This document shows positions 62,740-64,000 of a stretch of DNA of 64,000 nt, one piece after another. Position 1 is the first letter of the stretch; each line of letters begins with the position of its first letter. This DNA is from an uncultured delta proteobacterium (lineage in GTDB: Bacteria > Desulfobacterota > Syntrophia > Syntrophales > Smithellaceae), in contig CAVWEH010000005.1 of assembly GCA_963753975.1 (NCBI GenBank), positions 471,287 to 535,286 on the forward strand, read 5' to 3'. A program made the translations under genes and the position numbers. The notes under the pieces are model-generated. The model made no database searches. It saw only the letters and a program-made list of their open reading frames with translations, and was not told the DNA's origin.

Positions 62740-62822
62740 CCGTCTACTTTAAAAAGTTGGTCTCTTAAAATATCAAAACCGCTACTTAAAAAAGCAATAA
62801 TTATTAATTCAGGAGGATAAAC

Positions 62823-64000
62823 ATGTTAAAAACCAGACTAACTCAGCTACTCGGAATCAAGCATCCGATTATTCAGGCCGGCATGGGCCCTTTCAGCAAT
62901 AACAACCTTTGCGTGGCGGCGGCCAATGCCGGAGTTTTGGGGCTGCTTTCCACCAGCGGTCTTTTCAATAAACATGACCAGCCCTGGGTTTACAACGCCT
63001 TTTGCGATACCGGCGAGGCAAATCGTGATGACGATATGGCCAAGGTATTGGAAACGGTGCTGAAGCGCACCCACCGTCTTGTCAAAGACAAAGGCGGCGT
63101 TTTCGGCCCCAATGTGATGGTCTCCGCGGAACTCAAAGACAAAGCAAACATCATGATTGAAACCGCCATCAAAGCGCGGGAGCAAAATCCCGAAATGAAA
63201 AAAACCCTTAAAGTTATGTATACCTCCGCCGGTGACCCGATGGGCTGGGGAGACAAAATTAAGGGGGCAGGATTTATTTGGATTCATATCATCCCTTCCG
63301 TCCGAGCCGCTATGCGCTGCAAAAAAGCGGGTGTTGACGTGATTGTCGCCTCCGGCCATGAAGGGGGATTCCATACGCACTGGGAACCGCTGCATTCCAT
63401 GGTGCTGTTTCCCGCCGTGGTCGAAGCCGTATCCGATGAAAAAACACTTGTGGTTGGTGGCGGAGGAATCTCCGACGGCAAAACGGTGGCCGCCACTCTG
63501 GCTTTAGGCTGCGATGGCGTGCTAATGGGAACCCGCTTCCTTGCAACGCAGGAAAGCGATTTTCCTCCGCTCTGGAAGCAATCAGTTGTGGACGCCCAGG
63601 ACCGTGGCACCCTGGTAGCCCGTGGTTATGTGGGCCCGGCGCGCTGGTTGAGAAATCCCCGCAGTGAAGAACACGCGGCAAACACTCTGAAAAAGTCGCC
63701 CGGAGTGTTCCTCGGCACACCGGACAGCTATACGACCATGGAAGATACGTCGCTGATTGATTATGAAAACGAGTCCATCAAGGCTGTCTTCGAGGGGGAC
63801 AAGGCAAAGGCCATGATGGCCGCCGGCGAGTGCGCGCAGAGAATTAATGATATGCCCACGGTCAAAGAATTGGTAGACCGGATCGTTAAAGACGCGACCG
63901 AGATCGCGAAAAATATGTGCAAAAACGTGCCGGCTGAGAAATCAAAGGGCAAGGTCACTGCCAAAGTCAAGAAGGCGAAACCAAAAAAGGCAAAGGCCAA
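62823..64000 (+). CDS. Nitronate monooxygenase/FabK-like FMN oxidoreductase; the gene runs off the window end.
   Basis: The + strand translation reads MLKTRLTQLLGIKHPIIQAGMGPFSNNNLCVAAANAGVLGLL... The reverse-strand ORFs in the track here are antisense artefacts. A Lys/Ala-rich tail sits at the end of the window. Confidence 0.85.
   Translation, partial: MLKTRLTQLLGIKHPIIQAGMGPFSNNNLCVAAANAGVLGLLSTSGLFNKHDQPWVYNAFCDTGEANRDDDMAKVLETVLKRTHRLVKDKGGVFGPNVMVSAELKDKANIMIETAIKAREQNPEMKKTLKVMYTSAGDPMGWGDKIKGAGFIWIHIIPSVRAAMRCKKAGVDVIVASGHEGGFHTHWEPLHSMVLFPAVVEAVSDEKTLVVGGGGISDGKTVAATLALGCDGVLMGTRFLATQESDFPPLWKQSVVDAQDRGTLVARGYVGPARWLRNPRSEEHAANTLKKSPGVFLGTPDSYTTMEDTSLIDYENESIKAVFEGDKAKAMMAAGECAQRINDMPTVKELVDRIVKDATEIAKNMCKNVPAEKSKGKVTAKVKKAKPKKAKA

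Noticed and set aside
62847-63720. Minus-strand ORFs of 182, 108 and 136 aa
   Set aside because: They are antisense to the clearly coding plus-strand NMO/FabK-like gene.
1-64000. CRISPR arrays, rRNA genes and tRNA genes
   Set aside because: There are no regularly spaced direct repeats and no rRNA or tRNA signatures anywhere in the window.

Overview
This 64 kb window looks like a bacterial chromosomal segment with no rRNA, tRNA or CRISPR arrays. Coding density is high, mostly at moderate GC, with one distinctly AT-rich island at about 18.0-19.8 kb. The content is dominated by a nitrogen-assimilation regulon. It includes glnN (type III glutamine synthetase) and a sigma-54-driven operon that encodes a split, archaeal-type glutamate synthase together with an FAD/Fe-S oxidoreductase. 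A divergent GAF-sigma54 activator sits next to that operon. Further downstream is amtB-glnK-glnA behind its own sigma-54 promoters. The window also carries housekeeping genes: carB-guaA-carA, mnmG, hisHF, pdxST, htrA, an ADP-forming acetyl-CoA synthetase, mutM and murI. Accessory-looking modules are also present. The AT-rich island carries an atypical HicB-like/HicA-like pair. A lysine 2,3-aminomutase is followed by two Ddl-like ATP-grasp ligases and a GNAT. There is a thioredoxin-rhodanese-MauE trio and a CHASE2-PP2C-FHA signalling trio. A roughly 100-130 nt repeat element occurs three times in intergenic DNA. At least eight reading frames are broken by single-base indels. These are in gltB (two), the sigma-54 activator, mnmG (two), a PNPOx-like gene (two) and hicA. 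Most lie in short homopolymers, which points to sequencing or assembly errors rather than genuine pseudogenes. All calls were made by eye from the ORF translations and the raw sequence, with no database searches.
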